From Lepidodermella squamata (lineage: Eukaryota > Animalia > Gastrotricha), in NCBI GenBank assembly GCA_047495785.1, contig JBLDXI010000029.1, positions 1,178,001-1,242,000 on the forward strand: DNA of 64,000 nt. The letters are read 5' to 3'. The notes under the pieces were generated by a model. It ran no database searches. It saw only the letters and a program-made list of their open reading frames with translations, and was not told the DNA's origin. A program made the translations under genes and the position numbers. Shown here in pieces: positions 63,374 to 64,000 of this stretch; positions within the stretch are counted from its first letter, which is position 1, and every line of letters begins with the position of its first letter.

Positions 63374-64000
63374 GGAACGTGAGCTTTCAAAATTGATAAA
63401 GTATTAATTGCGAGCCTGTTGTAGAAAAGCCTTGGTCGCCCTTGGAAACCTGTTCGTACGTCAAAGAAACCGAAATTTCTGGCAATAAAAACAATCAATC
63501 GAAACAACATACGAGTTATAGCGGCAAAACCGGAAAAATTTTATATTTCTTCGTCAAAAAATTCCAAAAACGAACGATAAAAAAAAAATATTTAAATATC
63601 AAAATTGTGATGATCAATAATGTAACTTGTAACTCTGACTCATGGACCGAGAGCACCTTCGGGTGGAAGGTCGATAAACAATAAATCTAAAAATTTTGCC
63701 AAGTGCAAAGAGGTAATCGATGCTTTCCTATAAAATAAAATATTCTTCCAGCTCCTGAGCTCACATGCTATGCTTTTTAGATATTTTTTGTTGAACAAAT
63801 TAATTCAAAAATTCAACATATTTACTAAAGCGGAACTAGCTAGAATCGTACGAATAAATTTGGTTGCGAAAAATGTTGACCTTCGAGATCAAGGCCTATA
63901 TATAAACCCCGCGCAAAACGATGCATTCAACGTTCTACGGTTTCCTGATATTTTATTTTGTTTTTACCTCAACAAAAACATGCAACACCTAACGTTTTAT

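Larger units (their letters stand above)
58230..63400 (+). mobile_element. Apparently intact LINE (Jockey/I-group-like); ends approximate
   Basis: Two uninterrupted ORFs (zinc-knuckle ORF1; APE-RT ORF2) separated by 79 nt. No TSD or poly(A) end identified. Confidence 0.85.

Overview
Eukaryotic (metazoan, probably a compact-genome invertebrate) DNA with many ~45-60 nt GT-AG introns. The left part (1-23 kb) is a dense housekeeping block: two tandem SAM methyltransferases, CCDC137-like, CSPP1-like, PREB/Sec12, CSE1L and FBXO42. The middle and right parts (24-64 kb) are an accessory region. It holds a large secreted Thr-rich mucin/LamG-like protein and, tail-to-tail with it, a small secreted K/R-rich protein with (Ser-X)n blocks whose signal-peptide exon the ORF track misses. 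It also holds four intronless GABA-B-like class C GPCRs (two forming an inverted, patchily homogenised pair), an ankyrin protein, a divergent SLC36-like transporter, several MITEs, LINE remnants and one intact two-ORF LINE. Best leads: (1) the intronless Venus-flytrap GPCR cluster, with mosaic gene conversion and a rearranged TM3/ECL2 cysteine pattern; (2) the basic (SX)n secreted protein, a candidate adhesive or structural secretion; (3) an intact LINE whose ORF2 appears to lie in a spliceable intron of an ORF1 transcript; (4) operon-like spacing at the left end; (5) a minimal hammerhead ribozyme in an FBXO42 intron. All family calls come from motif recognition by eye. No database search was run, and exon boundaries are manual predictions.
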